Source of the DNA: a bacterium
Lineage (GTDB): Bacteria; Krumholzibacteriota; Krumholzibacteriia; LZORAL124-64-63
Direction: 5' to 3'
DNA: 64,000 nt
Assembly: GCA_031441465.1 (NCBI GenBank)
Contig: JANOEP010000054.1
Span: 34,967 to 98,966, forward strand
Under the pieces are notes generated by a model, which saw only the letters and a program-made list of their open reading frames with translations, made no database searches and was not told the origin of the DNA. The translations under genes and the position numbers were made by a program. This document shows, piece after piece, positions 44,001 through 55,474 of this stretch (the first letter of the stretch is position 1; the number at the start of each line of letters is the position of its first letter).

Positions 44001-45416
44001 CTAGAACCTCTTGCGCATCCTCGCGTTGAGGATGCCCATCTGCTCGCGGTACTTGGCGACCGTACGCCGGGCGATCTTCAGGCCCTTCTCCGAAAGAAGG
44101 TCCACGATCCTCTTGTCGGACAGCGGGCGCGCCGGACTCTCGGCGGCGACGATCTCCTGGATCATCTGCTTGACCGCCTTCGCGGCGACCTCGTCCCCCT
44201 CGTCGGTGTCCAGGCCCGCCGAGAAGAAGTACTTCAGCGGGAACACGCCGCGGGGCGTCTGGACGTATTTCTGCTTGGTCACGCGCGAGACGGTGGACTC
44301 GTGCATGCCGATGGCCGTGGCCACCTGCTGCAGGGTCAGGGGCCGCAGGGCGATGGCCCCCTGCTCGAAGAACTCGCTCTGCTCGCGCACGATCGCCTCC
44401 ATGACCTTGATCATGGTGCGGCGGCGCTGCTCGATCGTCTTGATGATCCACTCGGCGTAGCGGCGCTTCTCGTCGATGAACTGCACGGTGTCGTCGTCGC
44501 CGCCCTGCTTGCCCGCGGCCACGGCGTCGTAGGCGTTGCTGATCCGCAGCCGCGGCAGGTTGCCGTCGTTCAGGTAGCAGACGTAGCCGTCGTCCACCTT
44601 CTCGACCACGAGATCGGGCGTGATGTAGGCCGCGCCCTCCCCCACCACCGACAGGCCCGGCTTGGGGTCGAGTTCGCCGATGCGCCCGGCGATCTCCTGC
44701 ACCTCCCGCGGCGTGATGCGCATCTCGCGGGCGATGTCCGCGAAGCGCCGGTTCTTCAGCGCCTCGAAGTGGTCGCGCACCACCTGGGCCTCCAACCCGT
44801 CGCTGCGGCCGGAGGCGCGCAACTGCAGCAGCAGGCACTCCTGGAGGTCGCGGGCCGCCACCCCCGGCGGGTCGAAACCCTGGATCACGGCGAGCACGCG
44901 CGCGACGCGTTCGAGGTCGGTCTCGAAGGTGGCGGCGATCTCGGTCAGCGGGCAGACCAGGTAGCCGTCCCGGTTCAGGCTGCCGATGATGTACTCCCCG
45001 ATGCGGCGGTCCAGCGGCTCGTCGAGCGTGTACGCGAGCTGTTCGGCCAGTTCCTGCTGGCCCGACGGCACCGAAGCCGCCGGCCGTTCCAGCCGGTCCT
45101 CCTCGTCGGTCTCCCGCTCCCAGGTGCCGTCGCGGAAACCGTCCTTGAAGTACTCGTCCCAGTCGACCTTCTCCTCGGGTTCCTCGGTCTCGTGGGCGAC
45201 GGGCTCCTCCTCGTTCTCGTCCGGCGTCTCGGGCGCCTCGTCGTCCTCGGGATCGTACTCCTCCAGCAACGGGTTGATCTGCAGTTCCTGGCGCAGGACC
45301 TGTTCCAGCTCCAGGGTGGGGATCTGGAGCAGCTTCAGGGCTTGCTGAAGGCGCTGGGTCATCACCAGCTGCTGGCGCTGGTAGAGCCCCTGGTGCAGTC
45401 TCAGCTTCACGTCCAT
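44001..45416 (-). CDS. rpoN: RNA polymerase sigma-54 factor
   Basis: Q-rich region I, NPLLE, HESTVSR HTH, RpoN box ARRTVAKYRE. Confidence 0.98.
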   Translation of the reverse strand: MDVKLRLHQGLYQRQQLVMTQRLQQALKLLQIPTLELEQVLRQELQINPLLEEYDPEDDEAPETPDENEEEPVAHETEEPEEKVDWDEYFKDGFRDGTWERETDEEDRLERPAASVPSGQQELAEQLAYTLDEPLDRRIGEYIIGSLNRDGYLVCPLTEIAATFETDLERVARVLAVIQGFDPPGVAARDLQECLLLQLRASGRSDGLEAQVVRDHFEALKNRRFADIAREMRITPREVQEIAGRIGELDPKPGLSVVGEGAAYITPDLVVEKVDDGYVCYLNDGNLPRLRISNAYDAVAAGKQGGDDDTVQFIDEKRRYAEWIIKTIEQRRRTMIKVMEAIVREQSEFFEQGAIALRPLTLQQVATAIGMHESTVSRVTKQKYVQTPRGVFPLKYFFSAGLDTDEGDEVAAKAVKQMIQEIVAAESPARPLSDKRIVDLLSEKGLKIARRTVAKYREQMGILNARMRKRF

Positions 45417-45453
45417 CGCTGCTGCCCTTCGCCCTGACTGCGCACCGCCGGCC

Positions 45454-46197
45454 TCACAGCCGGAACCCCTCGCCCAGGTAGATCTCCCGGGCCCGGCTGT
45501 TGGCCACGATTTCGCCGGACGTGCCGGCCAGCGCGATGCGGCCCTCGAACATGATGTAGGCGCGGTCGGTGATGCTCAACGTCTCGCGCACGTTGTGATC
45601 GGTGATCAGGATGCCCAGCCCCTGCTGGCGCAGGCGCGCCACGCTGCGCTGCAGGTCGGCCACGGCGATCGGATCGATCCCGGCAAAGGGCTCGTCCAAC
45701 AGCATGAAGCGGGGGCGCGTCGTCAGCGCCCGCGCGATCTCGACCCGCCGACGCTCGCCGCCGGACAGCTGGTAACCGCGGCTGTGGCGGATGTGCGTGA
45801 TGCGCATCTCCTCCAGCAGCTCGTCCACCCGCTCCCGCCGCGCGGCGCGGTTCAGGGGCAGGGTTTCGAGGACGGCCATCAGGTTCTCCTCCACCGTCAA
45901 CCGGCGGAAGATCGAAGACTCCTGCGGCAGGTAGCCGAGGCCCAGGCGGGCCCGCTTGTACATCGGCAGCCGGGCGAGATCCTTGCCGTCCAGGGTCACG
46001 GTCCCGCCGTCGGGCCGGATGAACCCGACCACGATGTAGAACGTCGTGGTCTTGCCGGCGCCGTTGGGCCCGAGCAGGCCCGTCACCTCGCCGGGGCGGA
46101 CTTCGAAGTCCACGTCGTCGACCACGGCCCGGCCCCGGTAGACCTTGCGCAACCCGCGGGCCGCGAGAATTCCCGACACACCGGCCCCCTCGCTCAC
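45454..46197 (-). CDS. lptB: LPS export ABC ATPase LptB
   Basis: [55 protein letters not shown]. Confidence 0.97.
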   Translation of the reverse strand: MSEGAGVSGILAARGLRKVYRGRAVVDDVDFEVRPGEVTGLLGPNGAGKTTTFYIVVGFIRPDGGTVTLDGKDLARLPMYKRARLGLGYLPQESSIFRRLTVEENLMAVLETLPLNRAARRERVDELLEEMRITHIRHSRGYQLSGGERRRVEIARALTTRPRFMLLDEPFAGIDPIAVADLQRSVARLRQQGLGILITDHNVRETLSITDRAYIMFEGRIALAGTSGEIVANSRAREIYLGEGFRL

Positions 46198-46841
46198 GGG
46201 ACCTCCCCGGCGTCGACCGTGCCCGGCTTGCCGTGCACCGTGGCGTCGACCTCGCGTTTCAATTCGAAGTAGTCCAGGCCCGGCGTGGCCTGCATGCCCA
46301 CGCCGGTCATCACGTCGGTCCCCCGCGTGAAACGGTTGAACACTTCGTTGCTGATGCGGCCGCTGCGGTCGTCGTAGTTCAGTTCCTGCGTCTCGAGGCG
46401 GCGCCCGTCGCTGGCGACGACCACGACGTCGCCCCAGACGAAGAGGTTCCCGCTGCGCTGGCTCGCGCGCCCGCGCGCGGCGGTGAGCACCGAGAACAGC
46501 GTGTCGGCCTGGAAGAAATCCATGTGCACGCCGTGCAGTTGGGCCTCGTCCTGATCCAGGAACTTCTCGAGGCGGTCGCTGGTCAGCGTCCAGCGCCGGA
46601 CGCCTTCGCGGGAATCGGTGATGGTGGTGTCGAGCAGGACCTGGTCCGGGGCGCGCTCGGTCTCGGGCGCGTCGGCGACCGCCGCCTCGACCGGCGCGGG
46701 CGGGTCGCCCCGCGGCTCGCCGCCGCATCCGGCGCAGAGCAGCAGGGCGGCGAACAGCGACGCCGCTCCCCGCGGCCACGTCCGTCGCCGGCCGACCGCC
46801 GTCACGCCGTCGCGTGCCTGTTCTGCCCATCCGGATCTCAT
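46194..46841 (-). CDS. lptC: LPS export periplasmic protein LptC-like
   Basis: Hydrophobic/lipobox segment (LLLCAGC), beta-jellyroll-like [20 protein letters not shown]; adjacent to lptB. Confidence 0.78.
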   Translation of the reverse strand: MRSGWAEQARDGVTAVGRRRTWPRGAASLFAALLLCAGCGGEPRGDPPAPVEAAVADAPETERAPDQVLLDTTITDSREGVRRWTLTSDRLEKFLDQDEAQLHGVHMDFFQADTLFSVLTAARGRASQRSGNLFVWGDVVVVASDGRRLETQELNYDDRSGRISNEVFNRFTRGTDVMTGVGMQATPGLDYFELKREVDATVHGKPGTVDAGEVP

Positions 46842-47749
46842 GACAGCCTTCCGCCCGCCGGCGACGCGCCGCCGGGCCAGCGCCGGTGGAACCAGACCCA
46901 TTCGGCCGGGTTCCGGCGCAACAGTGTCTCCAGGGCCGCGTTGGCCTCCCGCAGCAGTTCGTCCACCGCGCCGTCGCCGGTCCCGTTCCCGGGCCGCAGC
47001 GGCGGCAGGTGTGCCAACGCGTGGCCACGACCGCGGCGTCCGATGGCCACCGGCAGGATCGGCGTCCCGGTGCGCAGCGCCAGCTTGGCGAAGCCGGCCG
47101 GGGTCGGCGCCGCGACGCCGCAGAACGGCACCTCGCGGTTGCCCACCCGGGTGTTCTGGTCCATCAGCACGGCCACGGCCCCGCCGGCGCGCAGCGCCCG
47201 CAGCAGGGGCCGCTGGTCGCCTTCGCGGGGCACGGTCGTCAGGCCGGCCCGCCGCCGCCAGCCGTTGACCAGGCGGTCGACCGGCGGGTTGCGGATCGTG
47301 CCGGTCACGACCGTGAGACCTCCCAGCCGGTCGGCCAGGAAACCGCCGAGCAACTCCCAGCAGCCGAAGTGTCCGGTCAGGACCAGCGCGCCGCGCCCTT
47401 CGGACAGAAGTTCGCGCAGCGCGGCCACCGTCCCGTCATCCTCGACCCCCCGGTACCCCGACTCACGCCAGCGGTCGAGGGTCAGGGCGTCGTAGGCGTT
47501 CTCCCCCAAGGCGTCGGTCGCGCGGCGCAGGAGCGCCTCGCGCCCCGCGAGCGCCAGCCCCGGGAAAACCAGCCGCAGGTTGGCCCGGGCCACGGCCCGC
47601 TCACGCGGCCGCCACGACAGCGCCGCACGGGCAAGCCGGCGACACAGGGCCCGCCCCGCCCTTGACGGCAGGAGGCGGACAGCCGCCAGCACGACCCGGG
47701 CCAGGCCGTGGTACGCCTGGCGGCGGAGCCTGCGGTGGGACGGCAGCAT
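46838..47749 (-). CDS. Lipid A late acyltransferase (LpxL/HtrB family)
   Basis: [18 protein letters not shown] (HX4E), [19 protein letters not shown]; start trimmed to ATG 47749. Confidence 0.88.
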   Translation of the reverse strand: MLPSHRRLRRQAYHGLARVVLAAVRLLPSRAGRALCRRLARAALSWRPRERAVARANLRLVFPGLALAGREALLRRATDALGENAYDALTLDRWRESGYRGVEDDGTVAALRELLSEGRGALVLTGHFGCWELLGGFLADRLGGLTVVTGTIRNPPVDRLVNGWRRRAGLTTVPREGDQRPLLRALRAGGAVAVLMDQNTRVGNREVPFCGVAAPTPAGFAKLALRTGTPILPVAIGRRGRGHALAHLPPLRPGNGTGDGAVDELLREANAALETLLRRNPAEWVWFHRRWPGGASPAGGRLS

Positions 47750-47813
47750 CGGTCGCTCCAGGGCTGCGGCGCGGATCACCCCCACAGTCAACACCTGGTC
47801 GCGGCAGGCGTCA

Positions 47814-47830
47814 AGCATAAGGTATGCCAG
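47814..47830 (-). promoter_or_regulatory. Putative sigma54 -24/-12 site
   Basis: CTGGCATACCTTATGCT on minus strand (GG-N10-GC) upstream of the acyltransferase-lptC-lptB-rpoN run. Confidence 0.6.
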
Positions 47831-47887
47831 AGCATAAATCGATGAAAAAGAGGAGGTTGCGCCTCTCCGAGGTGGGCGGCGCCGGAC

Positions 47888-48889
47888 TCAGACGATGCCC
47901 GCCCGCAGGATGTCGTGGATGTGCAGGACACCCACCGGGCGGCGTTCGTCGTCGACGACGATCAGGACGGTGATCGGACCGCCGGGGCGCTGCTCCATGC
48001 GCCGCAGGGCGCCCAGGATCAGCTCGTCCGGCCGCACGGTCTCGGGCGCGGCGTTCATCAGCGCGTGCACCGGCAGGTCCAGGGGTGCGTCGTGGACCAT
48101 CAGGATGCGTTTCACGTCGCCGTCGACGCAGATGCCGGCCAGCCGGCCGTCGCGGTCCACGACGCAGGCGCAGCCCAGCCGCTTCTCGACGATCACCGGC
48201 AGGCAGGCGCGCAGCGGCAGGTCGCGATCCACCAGCGGCAACTCGTCGCCCGCATGCATGAGCTGCTCCACCCGCATCAGCAGCGAGCGCCCCAGCACGC
48301 CGCTGGGGTGGAAGGCGGCGAAGTCGTCGCGCGTGAAGCCGCGCAGGGTCAGCAGCGCGACCGCCAGGGCGTCGCCCATGACCGACGCCGCGGTGGCGCT
48401 GGTCGTCGGTGTCAGGTCGAGCGGGCAGGCCTCGCGCTCCACCGCGCAGATCAGGACGAGGTCGCTCAGCCCGGCCAGCAGGCTGTCGGCGCGCCCGGTG
48501 ATGGCGATCATCGTCATGCCGAAGTGGCGCGCCAGGCCGGCGAGCTGGGTGACCTCGGGGTTCTCGCCGCTGCGCGAGACGGCCAGCAGCACGTCGCCGG
48601 AGCCGGCGATGCCCAGGTCGCCGTGCGTCGCCTCGACCGGGTGCAGGAACAGGCTCGGGGTGCCGGTGGCGGTCAGCGTGGCGGCCAGCTTGCGGGCCAC
48701 GAAACCCGACTTGCCCAGGCCGGTCACGATGACGCGGCCGCGGCAGGCCAGCAGCACGCGGACGGCCGCCGCGAAGGCGGCGTCCAGGCCGTCCCCCACG
48801 CGCGCCAGCGCCGCGGATTCCTGCGCGAAGGTCGCACGGCCCAGTTCCAGGATCGCGCGGTCGTCCGGGCGGACGGGTTCGGCGTTCAT
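47888..48889 (-). CDS. kdsD: Arabinose-5-phosphate isomerase (KdsD/GutQ, SIS+CBS)
   Basis: TGLGKSG, HPVEATHGDLG, PTTSATA..GDALA, FHPSG, CBS pair; start trimmed to ATG 48889. Confidence 0.93.
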   Translation of the reverse strand: MNAEPVRPDDRAILELGRATFAQESAALARVGDGLDAAFAAAVRVLLACRGRVIVTGLGKSGFVARKLAATLTATGTPSLFLHPVEATHGDLGIAGSGDVLLAVSRSGENPEVTQLAGLARHFGMTMIAITGRADSLLAGLSDLVLICAVEREACPLDLTPTTSATAASVMGDALAVALLTLRGFTRDDFAAFHPSGVLGRSLLMRVEQLMHAGDELPLVDRDLPLRACLPVIVEKRLGCACVVDRDGRLAGICVDGDVKRILMVHDAPLDLPVHALMNAAPETVRPDELILGALRRMEQRPGGPITVLIVVDDERRPVGVLHIHDILRAGIV

Positions 48890-49521
48890 GCGTCCTCCGT
48901 TCGTCCGTCTTCCTCGGACGGGAGCCAGGCGCGGGCCGCCACCTTCACCAGCGCGGGGCCGAGGCGGCCCTGCAGGCCGAGCAGCCGGTCGCAGATCTCG
49001 CGCACGGCGCCGGCCCCGCCGCGGGCGGCCGTGACGTGGAGGCAGCGCTCGCGCACGTCCGCGGGCGCGTCGGGCACCGCGACCGGCGCCCCGACGATCG
49101 CCAGCGCGGGCACGTCGATCAGGTCGTCGCCCATGTAGAGGACATCCGCGGGCTCGACGCCCAGCTCCTCGAGGATCTCCCGCAGGGCGCGCTGCTTGTC
49201 GAAACGGCCCAGCTTCACGGCGTGGAAGCGCAGGTCGGCGGCGCGACGCGCTGCCGCGGCGCTGTCGCGCCCGGTCAGCAGCGCCAGCTTCAACCCGCCG
49301 GCGCGGGCCAGGACCAGTCCCAGACCGTCGCGGGCGTCGAAGGCCTTGAAAGCCTCGCCCTGCGCGCCGTAGTAGAGGCGCCCGTCGGTCAGGACGCCGT
49401 CGCAGTCCAGCACGATCAGCCGCACGCGCGCGAACGCCGCCCGCACGGTCTCGTCCAGACCGGCCGCCGCCTCGCGGCGGTAGGCGTCGTCGGTGCGCGG
49501 GGGCCAAGGCTGCGCGCTCAC
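48886..49521 (-). CDS. kdsC: KDO 8-phosphate phosphatase
   Basis: LDCDGVLTDG, FDARDGLG, YMGDDLID, GGAGAVRE; GTG start overlapping the kdsA stop. Confidence 0.93.
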   Translation of the reverse strand: MSAQPWPPRTDDAYRREAAAGLDETVRAAFARVRLIVLDCDGVLTDGRLYYGAQGEAFKAFDARDGLGLVLARAGGLKLALLTGRDSAAAARRAADLRFHAVKLGRFDKQRALREILEELGVEPADVLYMGDDLIDVPALAIVGAPVAVPDAPADVRERCLHVTAARGGAGAVREICDRLLGLQGRLGPALVKVAARAWLPSEEDGRTEDA

Positions 49522-50351
49522 GCGGTCACCTCCAGGTACAGCTCGCGGTAGCGCCGGGCCTGCCCCATCAGCGCCGCGAAGCGCGCGAAGGGCAGCTGGC
49601 AGCCGGCGTCGCTCAGGGCGCGCGCGGGCTCGTCGTGCGTCTCGATGAACAGGGCGTCGGCGCCGGCGGCCAGGCCGCAGCGCATCAGCAGGGGGATCAG
49701 CTCGGGCGTGCCGCCGGTGGCGCCCCCGGCGCTGCCCGGCGACTGCACCGAGTGGGTGGCGTCGAAGACCACCGGCAGCCCCAGCCGGTGCAGCGCGTCG
49801 TGGCCGCGGAAATCCACGACTAGGTCGCGGTAGCCGAAGAAGGAGCCGCGCTCGGTCGCCAGCACGCGGTCGCAGCCGGACGCGCGCAGCTTCGCCGCCG
49901 CGTGCGCCATGTCCTCCGGGGCGAGGAACTGCCCCTTCTTCACGTTCACCGCGCGGCCCGTGCGGCCCGCGGCCTCCAGCAGCGAGGTCTGACGGCAGAG
50001 GAAGGCCGGGATCTGCAGGATGTCCGCCACCTCGGCGACGGCCGCCGTCTCCTCGGGGTGGTGCACGTCGGTGACCACGGGCACGCCGTGGGCGTCCTTG
50101 ATCCGCTGCAGCAGCCGCAACCCCTCCTGCGGGCCGGGCCCGCGGAAGGAGTCGCCGCTGGTGCGGTTGTCCTTCGTGTAGCTGGCCTTGAAGACGTACG
50201 GCAGTTCCAGCCGGCGGCAGACCGCCGCGATGTCGCCGGCCAGCCGGAGCATCTCGTCCGGCGCCTCCAGCACGCAGGGTCCGGCCATCACCAGCAGGGG
50301 TTCGCCCGGCCCGACGCGCAGTCCGGCGATCTCCACGACGCCCACGCGCAC
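49518..50351 (-). CDS. kdsA: KDO 8-phosphate synthase
   Basis: AGPCVLE, FKASYTKDNRTS, QIPAFLCRQT, NVKKGQFLAP, FDATHSVQ. Confidence 0.96.
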   Translation of the reverse strand: MRVGVVEIAGLRVGPGEPLLVMAGPCVLEAPDEMLRLAGDIAAVCRRLELPYVFKASYTKDNRTSGDSFRGPGPQEGLRLLQRIKDAHGVPVVTDVHHPEETAAVAEVADILQIPAFLCRQTSLLEAAGRTGRAVNVKKGQFLAPEDMAHAAAKLRASGCDRVLATERGSFFGYRDLVVDFRGHDALHRLGLPVVFDATHSVQSPGSAGGATGGTPELIPLLMRCGLAAGADALFIETHDEPARALSDAGCQLPFARFAALMGQARRYRELYLEVTA

Positions 50352-50354
50352 CTC

Positions 50355-52004
50355 CTAGGACGCCGTCGCCGCGGCGCCGTTGCGCGCGCGCAGGCGCGCG
50401 GCGGCGGCCGCGACGAAGCGATGGAACAACGGGTGCGGCCGGTTGGGCCGCGACTTCAGCTCGGGATGGAACTGGCAAGCCAGGAAGAAGGGGTGACCCG
50501 GCAGCTCGATCATCTCCACCAGGCGGCCGTCCGGCGAGAGGCCGCTGAACACGACGCCCACCGCCTCGAAGCGCGCCCGGTACTCGTTGTTGACCTCGTA
50601 GCGGTGGCGGTGGCGCTCGGAGATCTCCGGCGCGTCGTAGCAGGACGCGGCCAGCGTGCCCGGCTTCAGCGCGCAGGGCCAGGCGCCCAGGCGCATCGTG
50701 GCGCCCATCTGCTTCAGGTCGCGCTGCTCGCGCATGAGGTCGATCACCGGGTGCTCGGCGGCCGGATCGAACTCGCTGCTGTTGGCGCGCGGCAGGCCGG
50801 CCAGGTCGCGGCCGATCTCGATCATCGCCACCTGCAGGCCCAGGCAGATGCCGAGGAAGGGCAGGCCCCGCTCGCGGGCGTGACGCACGGCGATGATCTT
50901 GCCCTCGATGCCGCGGTCGCCGAAGCCGCCGGGCACCAGCAGGCCGTCGCAGCCGGCGAAGACCTCCTCGAGGCGCCGGTCGCCCACGTCGCGGTCCTCA
51001 AGGCCCTCCGCGTCGACCCACTCCAGTTCGACGTGCACGCGGTTGGGGATCCCGGCGTGGATGAAGGACTCGATGATGCTCTTGTAGGCGTCCTTCAGCC
51101 CGACGTACTTGCCGACCACGGCGATGCGCACCGTGTCGGGCGGGTTCAGGATGATGCCGACCATGCGGCGCCACGCCTCCAGCTCGGCCGGCGGCGCTTC
51201 CATCTGCAGGCGGCTGCAGATCAGGTCGTCGAGACCCTGGGCGTGGAAGTTCAAGGGCACTTCGTAGATCGAGCGCGCGTCGGGGGCGTTGATCACGCTC
51301 TCGACCGGCACGTTGCAGAACAGGGCGATCTTGCGGCGGGCCTCCTCGGGCATGGGCGCCTCGGCGCGGCAGATCAGCACGTCGGGCTGGATGCCGATGC
51401 TGCGCAGCTCGCGCACCGAGTGCTGGGTCGGCTTGGTCTTGATCTCGCCGGCGGCCGCGATGTACGGCACCAGCGTCAGGTGGACCGACAGGGTGTCCTG
51501 TTGCGGGCTTTCCAGGCGGAACTGGCGGATCGCCTCCAGGAAGGGCAGCGACTCGATGTCGCCGACGGTGCCGCCGATCTCCGTCACCACCACGTCGATC
51601 CCCGGATCGGTCTCCGCCGGCAGCTTCAGGCGGCGCTTGATCTCGTCGGTCACGTGCGGGATCACCTGCACGGTGCGGCCCAGGTACTCGCCCTTGCGCT
51701 CGCGCTGCAGGATGGTCTCGTAGACGACGCCGCTGGTCAGGTTGTTGATCCGCGACAGGTTCGTGTCGGTGAAGCGCTCGTAGTGCCCGAGGTCCAGGTC
51801 GCACTCGGCGCCGTCGTCGAGCACGAAGACCTCGCCGTGCTGGTAGGGGCTCATCGTGCCGGGGTCGACGTTCAGGTAGGGGTCGAACTTCTGCAGCACG
51901 ACCCGCAGGCCGCGCGCCTTCAGCAACTGGCCGATCGAGGCGCTGGCGATCCCCTTGCCCAACGCCGAGACCACGCCTCCGGTCACGAACACGTATTTCG
52001 CCAT
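50355..52004 (-). CDS. pyrG: CTP synthase
   Basis: [45 protein letters not shown]. Confidence 0.98.
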   Translation of the reverse strand: MAKYVFVTGGVVSALGKGIASASIGQLLKARGLRVVLQKFDPYLNVDPGTMSPYQHGEVFVLDDGAECDLDLGHYERFTDTNLSRINNLTSGVVYETILQRERKGEYLGRTVQVIPHVTDEIKRRLKLPAETDPGIDVVVTEIGGTVGDIESLPFLEAIRQFRLESPQQDTLSVHLTLVPYIAAAGEIKTKPTQHSVRELRSIGIQPDVLICRAEAPMPEEARRKIALFCNVPVESVINAPDARSIYEVPLNFHAQGLDDLICSRLQMEAPPAELEAWRRMVGIILNPPDTVRIAVVGKYVGLKDAYKSIIESFIHAGIPNRVHVELEWVDAEGLEDRDVGDRRLEEVFAGCDGLLVPGGFGDRGIEGKIIAVRHARERGLPFLGICLGLQVAMIEIGRDLAGLPRANSSEFDPAAEHPVIDLMREQRDLKQMGATMRLGAWPCALKPGTLAASCYDAPEISERHRHRYEVNNEYRARFEAVGVVFSGLSPDGRLVEMIELPGHPFFLACQFHPELKSRPNRPHPLFHRFVAAAAARLRARNGAAATAS

Positions 52005-52089
52005 GCGAGCCGTCCTTCCGTGGCGCTCCCGGGCGCACGGCGCGCCCGGCGGATCCTAACCCTTGCGGCCCGCGCGCGGAAGCGCGGGT

Positions 52090-52833
52090 TTACCGAGTCC
52101 TCCCCCACGCCGCCCGCACCCGCTCGAGATCGGCGGGCGTGTCGACCCCGACGGCTCCGGCGGCGGCCCCGACCACCAGCACGCGCAACCCGTGCTCGAG
52201 GGCGCGCAGCTGCTCGAGCCCCTCGGCGCGTTCGAGCGCCGACGGGGGCAGGCTCAGGAACCGCCGCAGGCCGGCGGCGCGGTAGGCGTAGACGCCGACG
52301 TGGCGACGCGCCAGCCGCCAGCCCGGCTCGCCGGCGGCGCCGGGATGATGGCCCGGCAGCGGCGCGCGGCTGAACCAGAGCGCCCGGCCGTCCGCGGCCG
52401 TCAGCACCTTGACCGCGTGGGGGTCCCGCCACTCTTCGGGGTCGGCGAACGGGTGGGCCAGGGTGGCGAGGTCCGCCCGGGGGTCGGCGCGCAGGGCCGC
52501 GACCAGGGCGTCGAGATCGGCGGGGTCGAGCAGGGGTTCGTCGCCCTGCAGGTTCAGCACGAACGGAGCCTCGTGGCGCGCGGCCACCTCGCCGACCCGG
52601 TCCGAACCGGAGGCGTGCTCACCCGTCATCTCGGCGAGGTGCCCCGCGGCGCGCACCGCGTCGGCGATGCGCGGGTCGTCGGTGGCGACGATCACACGGG
52701 TCGCGGTCGCCATGCGCGCCGCCAGCTCCGCGACGCGGACCACCAGCGGCCGCCCGGCCAGATCGGCCAGCGCCTTGCCCGGGAACCGGCTCGAAGCCCA
52801 GCGGGCCGGGATCACCACCAGCACGTCGCGCAT
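52090..52833 (-). CDS. kdsB: CMP-KDO synthetase
   Basis: IPARWASSRFPGKAL, NLQGDEP, LEQLRALE, GVDTPADL. Confidence 0.96.
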   Translation of the reverse strand: MRDVLVVIPARWASSRFPGKALADLAGRPLVVRVAELAARMATATRVIVATDDPRIADAVRAAGHLAEMTGEHASGSDRVGEVAARHEAPFVLNLQGDEPLLDPADLDALVAALRADPRADLATLAHPFADPEEWRDPHAVKVLTAADGRALWFSRAPLPGHHPGAAGEPGWRLARRHVGVYAYRAAGLRRFLSLPPSALERAEGLEQLRALEHGLRVLVVGAAAGAVGVDTPADLERVRAAWGRTR

Positions 52834-52845
52834 GCGGCACCTCCG

Positions 52846-52884
52846 AAAAAGAGGAAACCCACCCCCCGTCAGGGGTGGGTCCCC
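52846..52884 (-). terminator. Intrinsic terminator after rplU-rpmA
   Basis: Minus strand GGGGACCCACCCC-TGACG-GGGGGTGGGTTTCC-TCTTTTT. Confidence 0.65.
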
Positions 52885-52905
52885 GGAACCGCGTCGGACC
52901 GGCGC

Positions 52906-53160
52906 TCAGGCCGGCTGGACACTGACCTTCTTGCGGGTCCTGTCGTAGCGGCCGTAGACCACCACGCCGTCGATCAGGGCGAACAGCGTGTCGTCGCCGC
53001 CCTTGCCCACGTTCGTGCCCGGGTGGATCTTGGTGCCGCGCTGGCGGACCAGGATCGTGCCCGCGGTGACCGTCTGGCCGCCGAAACGCTTGACGCCGAG
53101 GCGCTGCGAGTGGCTGTCGCGACCGTTGCGGGAACTGCCCACACCTTTTTTATGCGCCAT
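52906..53160 (-). CDS. rpmA: 50S ribosomal protein L27
   Basis: [35 protein letters not shown]. Confidence 0.99.
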   Translation of the reverse strand: MAHKKGVGSSRNGRDSHSQRLGVKRFGGQTVTAGTILVRQRGTKIHPGTNVGKGGDDTLFALIDGVVVYGRYDRTRKKVSVQPA

Positions 53161-53184
53161 GACGCGCTCCTCCCTCTCGCCGCG

Positions 53185-53496
53185 CTAGGCGGTGATGCCC
53201 GTGATGCGGATCTCGGTGAACGCCTGCCGGTGACCCTTGTTGCGGCGGTAGTTCTGGCGCTTCTTCTTCTTGAAGACGTGGACCTTGTCGGCCAGCCCGT
53301 GGCCGAGGATCTCGGCGGTCACGGCGGCGCCGGCCACCCGGGGCGCGCCGATGGTCGTCTGCGCGCCGTCGTTCAGCAGCAGGACCTCGTCGAACTTGAG
53401 CTGGTCCCCGGCGTTGCCGTCGATCAGGGGCACCCGGACCTTGTGGTCGGGCTCGACCCGGAACTGCAGGCTTTGGATGTTCACGATGGCGTACAT
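53185..53496 (-). CDS. rplU: 50S ribosomal protein L21
   Basis: [26 protein letters not shown]; start trimmed to ATG 53496. Confidence 0.97.
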   Translation of the reverse strand: MYAIVNIQSLQFRVEPDHKVRVPLIDGNAGDQLKFDEVLLLNDGAQTTIGAPRVAGAAVTAEILGHGLADKVHVFKKKKRQNYRRNKGHRQAFTEIRITGITA

Positions 53497-53648
53497 GGTC
53501 GTTCTCCACGCATTCGGGCGGAACCGGGGCGACGGGCGCGCCGGGTCCGCGAGGTGTGACCGGCGGATCGCGCCCGGTCGAATTGTGCCAAGCACCGGGC
53601 CGCCGGTCCGTCGCGGCGGGATCGCCGTGATCCCGGCCGGAATTGCGC

Positions 53649-53678
53649 ATGATAAGCTCCGAGTGCGGTCCCTGTCAA
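53649..53678 (-). promoter_or_regulatory. Putative sigma70 promoter of rplU-rpmA
   Basis: TTGACA-N18-TATCAT on minus strand. Confidence 0.65.
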
Positions 53679-53809
53679 GGCCGCCGGTCCGGTTTTCGGC
53701 CCCGGGGGATCCCTGGGGGCGGCCGCGGCTGTGAAAATTGTCCCCGGTACGGAGGAGGCGGGGCCGCGGGGCCCCGCCTCCAGTCTCGACATGACCCCTG
53801 GGAAGGGAC

Positions 53810-55216
<1,407 letters not shown>

Positions 55217-55474
55217 TTCCAATCCCCTTCCCATCGATTCGTGCGCAATTTCCGGTGGATGCACGCAGACCGGTGGTTGATGGCGAGGTACCATCGACCA
55301 TGAACGCTTCCACACGAATTTCTGGCGAGGTGGGATGAGCATAGACGGATCCCGGCGGTGAAGGCAAGGACAATGTCGGACGCCGGGGCGCGTTGACAGG
55401 GGGCGGAATAGGATATAGAAATGGGAAACTCGTTTCACCCCCGGACCCCCGGCCAAGTCCCGACGGAGGCAGCG

